Of a stretch of 64,000 nt of DNA, positions 47,575-58,796 are shown in pieces. The position numbers and the translations under genes were made by a program. Each line of letters begins with the position of its first letter. The stretch's first letter is position 1. The stretch comes from Bacillota bacterium (GTDB lineage Bacteria > Bacillota > Limnochordia > DTU080), in assembly GCA_012840225.1 (NCBI GenBank), contig DULU01000088.1, positions 6,895 through 70,894 on the forward strand, written 5' to 3'. The notes under the pieces were generated by a model. The model worked only from the letters and a program-made list of their open reading frames with translations. It was not told where the DNA came from and did no database searches.

Positions 47575-48912
47575 TTGCCGGTGGCCGAAAAACCTATGGT
47601 AGCCATTGTGGGACGCCCCAATGTAGGTAAATCCACCCTTTTCAACCGCCTGGCCGGAGCGCGCATCGCCATTGTGGAGGATCAGCCCGGAGTCACCAGG
47701 GATCGTATATATGCCGATTGCGAGTGGCAGCAGCACCGCTTCACGCTGATAGACACCGGCGGCATCAAAACCAGCCCGGCAGACGTGCTTGAGGCAGCCA
47801 CTTTGGATAACGTCAAATATGCCATAGAAGAGGCCGACCTGATCATCGCCGTGGTGGATGCCCGCGCCGGGGTGACCACCCTTGACCTGGAGATGGCCGA
47901 CATGCTCCGCACCTGCGACAAGCGCATCATCCTCGTGGCCAACAAAGTGGACACCCAGGAAGCGGAAGCCGGGATTTACGAATTCTACCAGCTGGCCTTG
48001 GGAGACCCCTTGCCGCTTTCTGCCGAGCACGGCAAGGGCATCGGCGATCTGTGCGATCTCATTGTGGCCGAGTTACCTCCCCCCGCCGGCGAAGAAGAAG
48101 CGGGCGATGAAATCAAGGTGGCGGTGATCGGCCGGCCCAATGTGGGCAAATCATCGCTGGTAAACGCCATATTAGGCCGGGAGCGGGTGATTGTCAGCGA
48201 TATCCCGGGCACCACCCGCGATGCCGTGGACACCCATTTCCAGCGCCACGACCAGAAGTTCGTCATCATCGACACGGCAGGCATCAGAAGGAAAGCCAAG
48301 GTCGACACCCCGGTCGAGCATTACAGCGTTCTGCGCGCTTTCAAAGCCGTCGACCGCAGCGACGTCTGCCTGATCATGATCGATGCCCAGGACGGGGTTA
48401 CCGAACAGGATAAAAAGGTGGCGGGATACGCCCACGAGGCCGGTAAAGCCTCCATCATCGTGGTGAACAAATGGGATCTCATCACCAAAGACGGCAGCAC
48501 CATGAGCCGTTATGATCGCCTGATCCGGCAGGAGTTGGCCTTCATGTCCTATGCGCCCATAGAATATATCTCCGCCACCCAGGGGCGGCGCCTGAACGAA
48601 CTTCTGGATCTGGTGGAATATGTCGCCCAGCAGCACGCCCTGCGCATCACTACCGGCCGACTCAACGAAGTGATCCAGGAAGCCGTGAGCTTAAGAGAAC
48701 CGCCGACCGACAAAGGCGTGGCCGCCCGCCTCAGATATGTGGTACAGACAGGCGTGAAGCCGCCGACCTTTTTGTTCTTCGTCACCAATCCTCACCTGAT
48801 GCATTTTTCCTACCGGCGCTATCTGGAAAACCAGCTGCGGGCAGCGTTCGGCTTTGTGGGCACCCCATTAGTCATGAACTTTAGATCCGCCAAAGACGAC
48901 GGCGGCAACTGA
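47575..48912 (+). CDS. der: Ribosome-biogenesis GTPase Der (EngA)
   Basis: Two tandem G-domains (GRPNVGKST x2, DTGG/DTAG), KH-like C-terminus. Confidence 0.9.
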   Translation: MPVAEKPMVAIVGRPNVGKSTLFNRLAGARIAIVEDQPGVTRDRIYADCEWQQHRFTLIDTGGIKTSPADVLEAATLDNVKYAIEEADLIIAVVDARAGVTTLDLEMADMLRTCDKRIILVANKVDTQEAEAGIYEFYQLALGDPLPLSAEHGKGIGDLCDLIVAELPPPAGEEEAGDEIKVAVIGRPNVGKSSLVNAILGRERVIVSDIPGTTRDAVDTHFQRHDQKFVIIDTAGIRRKAKVDTPVEHYSVLRAFKAVDRSDVCLIMIDAQDGVTEQDKKVAGYAHEAGKASIIVVNKWDLITKDGSTMSRYDRLIRQELAFMSYAPIEYISATQGRRLNELLDLVEYVAQQHALRITTGRLNEVIQEAVSLREPPTDKGVAARLRYVVQTGVKPPTFLFFVTNPHLMHFSYRRYLENQLRAAFGFVGTPLVMNFRSAKDDGGN

Positions 48913-49089
48913 GCGGCGGGCGGTGGAGACCGGCGGTTCAGCGCCTCTTTATGCTCCATCATTATTCACCCAATCTTCATCCCCCCTGACATAAATGCGC
49001 ATGGTTATCCATATAGATGTAACACATTCTGTGGGTATGGTCCCACTCTGCCTGGGGAGTAGGGGCCGCTCTCTTGGGAGGGATGCCCG

Positions 49090-50568
49090 GTGGAGAAATT
49101 TGATATTTTCAGAGATATAACCGAACGCACGGCAGGAAGCGTATACATTGGGGTGGTGGGACCGGTGCGTACCGGTAAATCCACCTTCATAAAACGCTTT
49201 ATGGATCTTCTGGTGTTACCGCACATCGAAGACGTCAACGCCAGGGAACGGACCGTCGACGAGTTGCCGCAAGCCGGAGCCGGCCGCCAGATCATGACCA
49301 CCCAGCCTCATTTCGTGCCCGACGAACCTGTGCGCCTCAATCTGGCCGAGGGAATCTCTTTCCAGCTCAGGTTGGTGGATTGTGTCGGCTATCCTGTCGA
49401 GGGGGCCAAAGGCTTCACCGACGAGACCGGTCCCCGCATGGTGCGAACGCCCTGGAACGAGGAGCCCATTCCTTTCCAGCTGGCGGCGGAGATCGGCACC
49501 CGGAAGGTGATTGCCGAACATTCCACCATAGGCCTGGTAGTGGTGACCGACGGCTCGATCACGGATATCCAGCGCGACAGCTATATAGAAGCCGAAGAAC
49601 GGGTCATCAGGGAACTAAAGGAGCTGGGCAAGCCGTTCCTCGTCCTGCTTAATACCACCAAGCCTGAACAGCGCGCCGTGCAGGAGCTGGCGGCAAATCT
49701 GGAGCGCCGCTATGGGGTGAAGGTGATTCCCGTCAACTGCCTGGAGATGACCCAGAGCGATCTCCTGGGCATCCTGCGCGAAGTGCTGTATGAATTCCCG
49801 GTGAGAGAGATCGGCATCGACCTGCCGGCCTGGGTGGAAGAGCTGGAACTGGATCACTGGCTGCACGAGCAGTTCCTGCAGGTGACCAATGAAGCCCTAC
49901 AGCCGGTAGCCCGCCTGCGGGATATCGACGGGGCTCTCTCGGTGATCGCTCAGGCGGAAAATGCTGCCGGAGCCAAGCTGACTTCCATGGAGCTGGGCAC
50001 CGGGACGGCCCGGATTCAGGTGACCGTAGCCGAAGAGCTCTTCTATAAAGTGCTGCAGGAGCTGACCGGCTTTGAGATCAGCGGCAACCATCACCTCATC
50101 AGGTTGATGAAAGAGCTGTCCGTCGCCAAGCGGGAATATGATAAGCTGGCGGAAGCGCTGCAGCAGGTGAAGGAGCACGGCTACGGTATCGTGGCTCCCA
50201 GGTTGGAGGATATCACCTTCGACGAACCCGAGATCATTCGCCGGGGAGGGCAATTCGGCGTCAGGTTGAAAGCCAGTGCGCCATCCTTGCATCTGGTTCA
50301 GGCCAACATCATGACTGAGGTCACGCCGTTTGTCGGCACCGAAAAACAGGGAGAGGAGTTGGCCCGCTATCTGACCGAGGAATTTGAGCACGATCCCGGC
50401 AAGGTGTGGAATTCCGATTTTCTCGGCAAATCTCTGCAGGAACTGATCAGGGAAGGCATACAAAGCAAGCTGACGCGCATGCCGGAAAATGCTCAAGACA
50501 AATTGAGGGAAACCCTGAGCAAAATCATCAACGAAGGCAGCGGTGGGCTGATCTGCATTATTCTTTGA
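49090..50568 (+). CDS. spoIVA: Stage IV sporulation protein A
   Basis: N-terminus MEKFDIFRDITERTAGSVYIGVVGPVRTGKSTFIKRFM matches the SpoIVA ATPase. GTG start behind GGGAGGG. Confidence 0.9.
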   Translation: MEKFDIFRDITERTAGSVYIGVVGPVRTGKSTFIKRFMDLLVLPHIEDVNARERTVDELPQAGAGRQIMTTQPHFVPDEPVRLNLAEGISFQLRLVDCVGYPVEGAKGFTDETGPRMVRTPWNEEPIPFQLAAEIGTRKVIAEHSTIGLVVVTDGSITDIQRDSYIEAEERVIRELKELGKPFLVLLNTTKPEQRAVQELAANLERRYGVKVIPVNCLEMTQSDLLGILREVLYEFPVREIGIDLPAWVEELELDHWLHEQFLQVTNEALQPVARLRDIDGALSVIAQAENAAGAKLTSMELGTGTARIQVTVAEELFYKVLQELTGFEISGNHHLIRLMKELSVAKREYDKLAEALQQVKEHGYGIVAPRLEDITFDEPEIIRRGGQFGVRLKASAPSLHLVQANIMTEVTPFVGTEKQGEELARYLTEEFEHDPGKVWNSDFLGKSLQELIREGIQSKLTRMPENAQDKLRETLSKIINEGSGGLICIIL

Positions 50569-50736
50569 TCCGGCATTCTTTGCACCGGAGCGTTAGCGCA
50601 CAATCGGGCCGCCTCTCCAAACCCCAGGCAATAGCGGTGCGCCGGTTTTCACCAGGCGCACCAGCTTTTTTGCCTTTGACGGCATACGTTGGCTAAAGGC
50701 GGGAGAGTCTATGGGTGAGGAAAGGAGGCGCCGCAA

Positions 50737-51009
50737 TTGAATAAGGCGGAACTTGTCGATAGCGTAGCGCAAAAGGTGCAAATGACCAAAAAAGATGTGG
50801 GCATGGTGGTCGATTCGGCGCTGGAAAGCATCAGCGAAGCTCTGGCAACCGGCGACAGGGTGCAGTTGACCGGTTTTGGTACATTTGAAGTGAGAGAGCG
50901 CGAAGAGCGCCGCGGCCGCAATCCGCAAACCGGCACCGAGATCATCATCCCTGCCAGAAAAGCTCCGGTTTTCCGTCCCGGCAAGGCGCTGAAAGAGCTT
51001 TTGCAGTAA
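50737..51009 (+). CDS. hup: DNA-binding protein HU
   Basis: 90-aa canonical HU (MNKAELVD..., GFGTFEVRER..R.GRNPQTG). Confidence 0.9.
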   Translation: MNKAELVDSVAQKVQMTKKDVGMVVDSALESISEALATGDRVQLTGFGTFEVREREERRGRNPQTGTEIIIPARKAPVFRPGKALKELLQ

Positions 51010-51089
51010 AATTGCCGGCTATTAAAAGAGCAGGTAGCCAGGGATAGTGCCGGTCTACTCTGTTTAATTACCACCATCGTTTGCCGATG

Positions 51090-51119
51090 AGCCCGGTGAT
51101 TTATTCTGCCGGGCTTTTA
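51090..51119 (+). terminator. Rho-independent terminator downstream of hup
   Basis: AGCCCGG-(12 nt)-CCGGGCT followed by TTTTAAATT. Confidence 0.6.
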
Positions 51120-51127
51120 AATTGGCT

Positions 51128-51377
51128 GGGGTAGTTGTAGGTCGGGGTAGTGGTAGACTGGGCTAGTGGTAGGCAAGGCGATGGAAGGGCGAATTTTTTA
51201 CCAAAGTACGGTCGGCTCACTCCCGACTGGCGGCGTCGGAGAGACCGCACCATTCCCCAAGGCTCCTAGCTTGGGTTTTCCTGCAGTCAATCTGATCAGC
51301 AACCATCCATCGCAACCTACTTTGGTAAAATTTTCGCTTACCCCCGCATTTAGGCGCTACTTTGGTAAAAAGTTCGC
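51128..51377. repeat. Repeat-rich intergenic region: 3x about 15-bp GGG(G/C)TAGT(T/G)GTAG at 51128-51176, and 2x about 21-bp CTACTTTGGTAAAA(T/A)(T/G)TTCGC at 51317-51377
   Basis: Directly visible. A 466-bp non-coding gap between hup and the sugar SBP gene. ORF 51166..51540 is low complexity and is not called. Confidence 0.65.
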
Positions 51378-51585
51378 ACCCTCTCCACCGCCGGCCGGCA
51401 CCTCTCGGCAAAATATTTACGCCCATCCTCGTACCGCCGCCGCCATCCCCTCATCCCTAACCGCCTATCCCCGCACTCTTCCACCCCAGATCAATTATTT
51501 CCTAAACAGGAATCAAGGACAGATGATGCGAACTTATTAAGTATTATTGTGTACATCGTGTACACCGCATAAGGAGGTAGGACAA

Positions 51586-52845
51586 ATGAGGAGAAAAAAG
51601 CTGTTTTTGGTAATGGTGGTCTTCTGTATAGTATCGTTGGCGACGCATGCGGCCCTGGCGGCAACGGCAGAAAAACAGAAAATAGTGGTCGGTCATTTTC
51701 ATTCCTGGGTTCTCTCCGATGCCTGGAATCAGCTGGTAGCTGCGTTTAATGAAAAATATCCCGATATCGAAGTAGAGCTTTTGCACGCATTGCAGGAGGA
51801 ATACGAAGCTAAACTAAAAACACTCATAGCTGCCGGCGTAGCACCGGACTTGTTTTTTGCCGGCAGCGGTCCGGCTGCGGAACTGGCCAAACTTGGCGCA
51901 GTAGAAGATCTAACGCCTTACCTGGAGCGCGCCGGTATGAAACTGCCGTCAGCGGAATACATCCTGGGTGGTATTGCTCCGCCATATTTGTCTGACGGCA
52001 AGGTGTATGCCCTCGCTTTAGAGGCGTTGACTAGAGGTATATATATCAACATCGAACATTATCAACAGGCCGGCCTAAACACGCCCGGAATTACATGGAC
52101 ATGGAACGAATTTTTAGCCAATGCGCAAAAGCTCACTACACCTGGAACACGCTGGGGATTTGCCATTAATGCCACGACATCCTTTGGTAATCTGAATCCC
52201 GTTATCCATTCTTTTGGCGGCAGATGGTGGAATGAGAACCGTACAGAGCTTGGCTTTAATACCTCAGAATTCGAACAAGGCGTGAAATTCATCGCCGATC
52301 TGATTAATGTTTACGGCGTAACGGGAGGTAACTTCCCCAATGCCTCGGCATCGATGTATCCAAACACGCCGTCGGTCAATTATAACTTCAATCCCAACCG
52401 TGTCCCCGACTGGAGATTTTTACCTTACCCAAGGGGGAAACAGGCTGCCGGAGCGATGTCCACCGAGGGCATGCTGATGATGAAGAGTTCCAAAAACAAA
52501 GAAGCGGCTTGGAAATTCCTCGAATGGGTATTCTCTCCGGAAGGTCAACGCGCCTGGGCGATAGCCAACCGGGTCATTGTACACATTCCTACCTTGCAGG
52601 AGTATTTTGCTCCTAATGCCGGTCCGGCAGCTCGCCAGAGCTTAATACAAACCATTGTATATAATAACGAGCATAGGGTCGTAGATTCACCGCTGAACAC
52701 AGCCTGGGGTCCGGCGGTAAGGCTGATAGAGGAAAATGTGCGCGCCGCCTTCAGGGGCGAAATTTCACCCAGGCAGGCTATAGAGTCGGCCTGGGAGGCT
52801 TGCGTCGCCGAACTGAACATGCTGAAAGCGCAGACCGGACTATGA
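51586..52845 (+). CDS. ABC transporter substrate-binding protein (family 1, carbohydrate type), without adjacent permease or ATPase genes
   Basis: ATG behind TAAGGAGGTAGG. Signal peptide. SBP_bac_1-like length and composition. Confidence 0.65.
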   Translation: MRRKKLFLVMVVFCIVSLATHAALAATAEKQKIVVGHFHSWVLSDAWNQLVAAFNEKYPDIEVELLHALQEEYEAKLKTLIAAGVAPDLFFAGSGPAAELAKLGAVEDLTPYLERAGMKLPSAEYILGGIAPPYLSDGKVYALALEALTRGIYINIEHYQQAGLNTPGITWTWNEFLANAQKLTTPGTRWGFAINATTSFGNLNPVIHSFGGRWWNENRTELGFNTSEFEQGVKFIADLINVYGVTGGNFPNASASMYPNTPSVNYNFNPNRVPDWRFLPYPRGKQAAGAMSTEGMLMMKSSKNKEAAWKFLEWVFSPEGQRAWAIANRVIVHIPTLQEYFAPNAGPAARQSLIQTIVYNNEHRVVDSPLNTAWGPAVRLIEENVRAAFRGEISPRQAIESAWEACVAELNMLKAQTGL

Positions 52846-52908
52846 CGAGACGGCCGACCGGCGGCTATTTCCGCCATAGCTCATAGCCGCCATATTGCCC
52901 ATCTACTG

Positions 52909-52961
52909 CGGCGCAGGTTGGTCGAGGGCTTCACTTGAGGTCACCAACCTGCGCCTTTTGT
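52909..52961 (+). terminator. Rho-independent terminator downstream of the SBP gene
   Basis: Perfect 12-bp stem GGCGCAGGTTGG/CCAACCTGCGCC followed by TTTTGTT. Confidence 0.75.
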
Positions 52962-53123
52962 TCCGGGTTTACCAAAGCCTTTTCGAAGTGATATAATAAG
53001 CAAATAATGCCATGGCCAACAACCTGTCCACTTTCTCCTCTAGCCGGCTATATACGGCGGCGGCCCTGGTTTTCTGCATAGAGCTAAGAGTTAAAAGAGC
53101 TAAAACATTGGTAGGAGCGGGTT

Positions 53124-54431
53124 ATGGTGAAACCAATTAAAATCGCCCTTTTGGGTTTAGGCAATGTCGGTGCGGGAGTCTGGCGCATCCTGCAGCAAAA
53201 CGGGGCAGCTATCGCCGGCCGGGCCGGCGGCCCCCTGGAGATTGTCGGTATCGCCGTCCGGGATGTTAACAAAACCAGACTGGTAGATGTGCCCGCAGCC
53301 CTGCTGACAACCGATCCGATGCCCCTGATCGCCGATCCCGACATCCCCATCGTGGTGGAGACCATCGGCTGCCCCGGTGGCGACACCGGTCCTGCCGGGC
53401 GTTTTATCATAGAGGCTTTGAAGAGAGGCAAGCATGTCGTTACCGCCAACAAGGAAGCCCTGGCCAAACATGGGGCGGCCTTTTTCCGGGCCGCGGCGGA
53501 AGGCGGGGGTAGCCTATATTACGAAGGAGCAGTGGCCGGCGGTATCCCGATAGTGAAAGCCTTTAAGGAGTCTCTGGCGGCCAACCAGGTGCAAACCATC
53601 ATGGGCATCATCAACGGCACCACCAATTATATGTTGACTCGCATGGACAAAGAAGGTTTGGAGTTTGCCGATGTGCTGGCCCAAGCGCAAAAGCTGGGCT
53701 ATGCCGAAGCCGACCCCACCTCCGATGTGGAAGGGCACGATGCCGCCTATAAGCTGGCCCTGCTGGCCTCCATCGCCTTCGAAGCCGAGATCAACATCGA
53801 TGATGTATACCGCGAAGGCATCACCCGCATCACCGCCGAAGATCTGCAGAGCGCCCGTGAGCTCGGCTTTGCCGTCAAACTTTTGGCCATCGCCAAGCAG
53901 GATGCCACCGGAATTGAGGCCAGGGTGCATCCCACCCTCATCCCGCTGAGCCATCCACTGGCGGCGGTCGGTGACGTGTTCAATGCCGTCTTTGTGCAAG
54001 GCGATGCTGTGGGTGATCTGATGTTCTATGGTAGGGGAGCCGGCATGATGCCCACAGGCAGCGCCGTGGTCGCCGACTGCATTGATGCCGCATTGAACAT
54101 CAGACGGGGTGTCGGTGCGCCGCGCAACGGCCGGCCGCCGGAGCGCAAAGCCATCAAACCGATCGAAGAAGTGACCGCGCGTTTTTATCTCAACTTCAAG
54201 GTGATCGACCGGCCCGGCGTGCTGGCCGCCATCGCGTCGATCCTGGGGCAAAACAACGTCAGCATCGAATCCGTCATACAAAAAGGCCGCCGTCAGGACC
54301 CTGTGGGGTTGGTGATCGTCACGCACAGCGTGCTGGAGCGGGATATCCGCCGGGCGCTCGCCGCCATCAGCGAACTTTCCATGGTCAGAGCCATAGCCAA
54401 CGTCATGCGCGTGGAAGGAGAGAATTCATAG
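53124..54431 (+). CDS. hom: Homoserine dehydrogenase (with C-terminal ACT domain)
   Basis: Rossmann GLGNVGAGV, catalytic region, ACT domain at the C-terminus. Confidence 0.9.
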   Translation: MVKPIKIALLGLGNVGAGVWRILQQNGAAIAGRAGGPLEIVGIAVRDVNKTRLVDVPAALLTTDPMPLIADPDIPIVVETIGCPGGDTGPAGRFIIEALKRGKHVVTANKEALAKHGAAFFRAAAEGGGSLYYEGAVAGGIPIVKAFKESLAANQVQTIMGIINGTTNYMLTRMDKEGLEFADVLAQAQKLGYAEADPTSDVEGHDAAYKLALLASIAFEAEINIDDVYREGITRITAEDLQSARELGFAVKLLAIAKQDATGIEARVHPTLIPLSHPLAAVGDVFNAVFVQGDAVGDLMFYGRGAGMMPTGSAVVADCIDAALNIRRGVGAPRNGRPPERKAIKPIEEVTARFYLNFKVIDRPGVLAAIASILGQNNVSIESVIQKGRRQDPVGLVIVTHSVLERDIRRALAAISELSMVRAIANVMRVEGENS

Positions 54432-55505
54432 ATGACCTGGCAGGGAATTATCCATCAATATCGGGAGTATCTGCCTGTAAGCAAAGACACTCCCATCGTC
54501 ACCCTTCTCGAAGGCAACACCCCGCTCATACCTGCGGATAACCTGGTGCGCCGGGCCGGCCTGCCGGGCGACACCAAGCTGTTTTTGAAATATGAAGGGC
54601 TCAACCCTACCGGGTCGTTTAAAGATCGGGGCATGACCATGGCCCTCAGCAAAGCCGTGGAGGCAGGCGCCCGGGCAGTGATGTGCGCCTCCACCGGCAA
54701 CACCTCCGCCTCCGCCGCCGCTTATGCCGCCAGAGCCGGGATCAAGGCCATTGTGCTGATTCCCGACGGCCACATCGCCCTCGGCAAGCTGAGCCAGGCC
54801 TTGGTGCATGGGGCAGTGGTGCTGGCGATTAAAGGCAATTTCGATGCCGCCTTGCGCATGGCCAGAGAACTGACGGAGAAGTATCCTATCACATTAGTCA
54901 ACTCGATCAATCCCTACCGCATCGAAGGGCAAAAAAGTGCCGCCTTCGAGATCTGCGACCGTTTGGGGAAGGCCCCCGACATACTGGCCATCCCGGTCGG
55001 CAACGCCGGCAACATCACCGCCTACTGGAAAGGCTTTAAGCAATATAAGGAAGCCGGACGCATAACCGCCCTACCGAAAATGTGGGGCTTTCAGGCGGAG
55101 GGAGCCGCGCCGATCGTCTTGGGCCGGCCCGTGCCCAACCCGGAAACCATAGCCACCGCCATCAGGATCGGCAATCCGGCCAGCTGGCAGGGGGCCACAG
55201 CCGCTCGCGATGAATCGGGCGGTCTGATCACTTCCATCACGGACAAAGAGATTCTGGAAGCATATCATTTATTGGCTGAGAGCGAAGGCGTCTTCTGCGA
55301 ACCGGCTTCGGCCGCCTCGGTCGCCGGGGTGCTGAAGATGGTCCGCACCGGCCGCTTGCCCGCCGCCGCCACCATTGTCTGTGTCTTGACCGGACACGGG
55401 CTCAAAGATCCGGACCGGGCCATCGCCGAAAGTACCGGTCCCAGGATGGCGGAAGCAGCGGCGGAAGCCGTGGTGGATATTGTCTTGAAGGAGATTGAAC
55501 AGTGA
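54432..55505 (+). CDS. thrC: Threonine synthase
   Basis: PLP-lysine motif [10 protein letters not shown]. 357 aa. Confidence 0.9.
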   Translation: MTWQGIIHQYREYLPVSKDTPIVTLLEGNTPLIPADNLVRRAGLPGDTKLFLKYEGLNPTGSFKDRGMTMALSKAVEAGARAVMCASTGNTSASAAAYAARAGIKAIVLIPDGHIALGKLSQALVHGAVVLAIKGNFDAALRMARELTEKYPITLVNSINPYRIEGQKSAAFEICDRLGKAPDILAIPVGNAGNITAYWKGFKQYKEAGRITALPKMWGFQAEGAAPIVLGRPVPNPETIATAIRIGNPASWQGATAARDESGGLITSITDKEILEAYHLLAESEGVFCEPASAASVAGVLKMVRTGRLPAAATIVCVLTGHGLKDPDRAIAESTGPRMAEAAAEAVVDIVLKEIEQ

Positions 55506-56443
55506 TACCCATGCGGGTGGTAGTGGAAGTTCCGGCCAGCACAGCCAATCTGGGACCCGGTCTGGATGCTCTCGGCTTGGCTTTGGACATCAAAAACCGC
55601 TATGTTTTCACCGCCGGCGAAGACGGTCCGGATATAGAAATATATGGAGAAGGAGAAGGGGAGCTACCCACCGATCACCACCATCCGGGATACCGAGCCT
55701 GTATGGAGTGCCTGGCGGAGTGGCAGGTGCCCATCCATGGTCTCTCCATCAGGCAGACGAACCACGTGCCCTATTCGGGAGGACTGGGCAACAGCGCCAC
55801 CGCCGTGGTCGCCGGCCTCCTGGCGGCTTACAAGTTGGCCGACCGCCCCATCGATACCCACGACATACTGCAAAAAGCCGCCAGGATGGAAGGGCATCCC
55901 GACAATGTGGTACCGGCTTATTTAGGCGGTCTCTCCGTCAGCGTCGTCGACGCCTCCGGCCGGATCGTGACGAACAGCATAAAGCCTCCGGACGATCTGC
56001 AGATTATACTGACCGTACCCCGCTTCACATTAAGCACCTCCCGCTCGCGGAAAGCCTTACCCGCCCAGGTGCCGCTGAAAGACGCCTTATATAATGTCGG
56101 ACGCACCGGGCTTTTGGTGACCGCCCTCTCCGCCGGCAGGTATGATCTGCTGGGGGAAGCTATGGACGATCGCCTGCACCAGCCGTACCGGGCAGCATTG
56201 GTGCCCGGGCTGATGCAGGTATGCCGGGCGGCGAGAGCGGCTGGGGCGGCCGGGGCGGCGCTGTCAGGTTCAGGCCCCACCGTATTGGCCTTCTGCTGCC
56301 GCCACCAGTGCGATCCCGACGCCGTCGGCCAGGCCATGGTGGCTGCTTTTGCCGAAAACAACATCCCGGCTTACCACCTGGTGGTCGAACCGAATTACGA
56401 AGGAGCGGTGGTGTTTACCACCAGCAGCGTCGCTGTTGGTTAG
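55502..56443 (+). CDS. thrB: Homoserine kinase
   Basis: GHMP kinase motif [12 protein letters not shown]. Overlaps the thrC stop. Confidence 0.85.
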   Translation: MIPMRVVVEVPASTANLGPGLDALGLALDIKNRYVFTAGEDGPDIEIYGEGEGELPTDHHHPGYRACMECLAEWQVPIHGLSIRQTNHVPYSGGLGNSATAVVAGLLAAYKLADRPIDTHDILQKAARMEGHPDNVVPAYLGGLSVSVVDASGRIVTNSIKPPDDLQIILTVPRFTLSTSRSRKALPAQVPLKDALYNVGRTGLLVTALSAGRYDLLGEAMDDRLHQPYRAALVPGLMQVCRAARAAGAAGAALSGSGPTVLAFCCRHQCDPDAVGQAMVAAFAENNIPAYHLVVEPNYEGAVVFTTSSVAVG

Positions 56444-56482
56444 GTTAGCGATTAGGCATTCAAAACAAGGAGTGATATCCCT

Positions 56483-57706
56483 TTGCGCATCATGGTGCAA
56501 AAATTTGGCGGCAGCTCGGTGAAGGACGCCGACCGCATCAAAGCTGTGGCCCGCCGGGTGATCAACGCCAAGGAAGAAGGATGGCATGTGGTAGTGGTGG
56601 TATCGGCCATGGGAGATACCACCGATGAATTGATCGCCAAAGCCAAACAGATCACGGCCCGCCCGCCGCGTCGGGAGATGGATATGCTGCTGGCCACAGG
56701 GGAACAAGTGTCGATCGCCCTGGTGGCCATGGCCATCGATAGCCTTGGCTATCCCGTGGTCTCTCTGACCGGGGCGCAGGCCGGCATCGTCACCGATAAC
56801 GTGCATACCAAAGCCCGCATCCAGCAAGTGGGTGCCGAGCGGGTCCGCAAAGAGCTGAACGACGGCCGCATCGTCATCGTGGCCGGATTCCAGGGCATCA
56901 ATGCGGAAAACGACATAACCACCCTGGGAAGGGGCGGTTCCGACACTACGGCGGTAGCCCTGGCCGCAGCTTTGTCGGCCGAGGTCTGCGAGATATATAC
57001 CGATGTGGACGGCGTTTACACTGCCGATCCCCGCATTGTGCCCGATGCCCGCCGCCTGGACGACATCTCCTACAGCGAAATGCTGGAAATGGCCAGCTTG
57101 GGCGCGGTGGTTTTGCAACCGAGAGCCGTGGAGTATGCCGCCATGCACGGGGTCAGGATTTACGTGCGCAACAGCTACAACAACAACAGGGGAACTTATG
57201 TACAGGAGGAGCGCGTCATGGAAAAAGATATGGTAGTGGTGGGTGTGGCCCACGACACCAATACGGCGAAAATATCCATCACCGGAGTACCGGACAAACC
57301 GGGTGTGGCTTACCGCCTGTTCTCCCGTATGGCTGCCGAAAACATCAATGTGGATATGATCGTGCAGACGACCAAGGCTGACGGCCTGGCAGACATTGCC
57401 TTCACCACCAGCAGGGACGACGCGCAGAAGGCCTGCGAAATTGTGGAAAACGTTAAAAACGAATTGAACGCCGAGAGCGTCCGCCTCAATGAAACCGTGG
57501 CGAAAATATCCATAGTAGGCGCCGGCATGGTCACCAATCCGGGTGTGGCCGCCCGCATGTTTGAAGCCCTGGCCGAGGAGAACATCAATATCCATATCAT
57601 CAGCACCTCCGAGATCAAGGTGTCATGCCTGATAGATGAAGACCGGATCAAGGACGCGGTGCGGGCCGTACATGCCAAATTCGGGCTGGTGGCCGCCACG
57701 GCATAA
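56483..57706 (+). CDS. lysC: Aspartate kinase (with ACT domains)
   Basis: [10 protein letters not shown]-terminus, two C-terminal ACT repeats. TTG/ATG start ambiguity (56483 versus 56492). Confidence 0.85.
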   Translation: MRIMVQKFGGSSVKDADRIKAVARRVINAKEEGWHVVVVVSAMGDTTDELIAKAKQITARPPRREMDMLLATGEQVSIALVAMAIDSLGYPVVSLTGAQAGIVTDNVHTKARIQQVGAERVRKELNDGRIVIVAGFQGINAENDITTLGRGGSDTTAVALAAALSAEVCEIYTDVDGVYTADPRIVPDARRLDDISYSEMLEMASLGAVVLQPRAVEYAAMHGVRIYVRNSYNNNRGTYVQEERVMEKDMVVVGVAHDTNTAKISITGVPDKPGVAYRLFSRMAAENINVDMIVQTTKADGLADIAFTTSRDDAQKACEIVENVKNELNAESVRLNETVAKISIVGAGMVTNPGVAARMFEALAEENINIHIISTSEIKVSCLIDEDRIKDAVRAVHAKFGLVAATA

Positions 57707-57802
57707 AATAAAACAGCTCAACTTCTTGGCCAATCAACCATGCGTTATGGCTTGTAAAACTGCGCCGGATATGCTATCCTGTTTAATGTGACAGTGATGT
57801 GT

Positions 57803-57881
57803 CGGGCTGTGGCGCAGCTTGGCTTAGCGCGCTTGACTGGGGGTCAAGAGGTCGCTGGTTCGAATCCAGTCAGCCCGACCA
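57803..57881 (+). tRNA. tRNA-Pro (anticodon GGG)
   Basis: Manual cloverleaf: acceptor CGGGCUG/CAGCCCG, anticodon stem CUUGA/UCAAG with loop CUGGGGG (G37), T-loop GGTTCGAATCC, encoded CCA. Confidence 0.8.
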
Positions 57882-57896
57882 GGAAAACACAAGCTA

Positions 57897-57930
57897 GAAG
57901 CCCTACCGTTATGGTAGGGCTTCAGCGTTT
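57897..57930 (+). terminator. Strong hairpin immediately 3' of tRNA-Pro (11-bp perfect stem GAAGCCCTACC/GGTAGGGCTTC); probable terminator
   Basis: Visible inverted repeat with a 5-nt loop. The downstream U-tract is weak (AGCGTTTAGTT), so it could instead be a processing or recombination element. Confidence 0.5.
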
Positions 57931-58163
57931 AGTTGGGTAGGAGTTACCCGGTGATTACACTGTTGCTGGTTAAGGAAGTAAGCATATGTACCTGCGGGCA
58001 GGCGCTGATGATTTTTTCTCATGGAGATAATAGCTTGATCGGCTTCATCAGGTGTCATCAAACCCGCTGACGACCTCCTAGTACAACATAGCTTGGAGAA
58101 TGTGCATCACACCACCGTAATGCATGTATGAGAGTGGTCCCGCATCAGAGATTAAGATACTAG

Positions 58164-58598
58164 ATGACATCATCCGCCTCCGTTGGATGCCGGAGCGGCA
58201 TAATATCGGCATTCATCCCAATTCGCTCAAGAGCGGTTTGCAGTCTTGCAAAACTTACTTTACCAGCTTCATACTTGGTTCCGCCTATCCAAAATGGGAC
58301 CTCCAATTTGATACGTGTTTTGGCCGGTCAGGATGATACTGAGGTCGTATTTGACGACGGCACTTTGGTGCCGATTGTCGTGAACCTGGACTCAGGTCAG
58401 TTTGCTGATTTCTTTTTCGAGATTACTGTGCATGTAGTCAGTAATAAGCCGGTATATGTCGGCCAGTATGGCAGCGGCGAACTCCGTGACCCGGCGAACG
58501 ATAATCGCGCCCCCTTTTTTATGCAAATCATTCCCACCGATCGGTTTCTTAGGGAGCATCCAAGCACCTCATCCGGACTTGGTAAACAATCAGGGTAG
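58164..58598 (+). pseudogene. Truncated, inverted paralog fragment of the 60706..62004 protein (central domain only)
   Basis: Translation LVPPIQNGTSNLIRVLA...VYVGQYGSGELRDPANDNRAPFFMQIIPTDRFLREH aligns at about 60% identity to residues about 240-340 of the minus-strand 432-aa protein. N-terminal and C-terminal parts are missing. Confidence 0.65.
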
Positions 58599-58796
58599 AC
58601 TCATTAACGATTGCCGCGCAGCGCACGGCTGATGGCGAAGTATTCCTCTTCCAATTGTTTCACCTTGTCCGGGTCGTTGGTGGCGGCACTCAATTGGCCG
58701 GAGAGCCAGGCCAACCGGTTCTCCAGCACCAGTCGCTCATCCGCCGACATAGCCATAGCTGCATCAGCAGCCTGCTCAGAAGCGACAGGTTCTCCT

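Noticed and set aside
51166-51540. 124-aa ORF in the repeat-rich intergenic region as a protein-coding gene
   Set aside because: The translation is Pro/Ser/Thr-rich low complexity derived from tandem DNA repeats, with no SD or start context. It is more likely non-coding.
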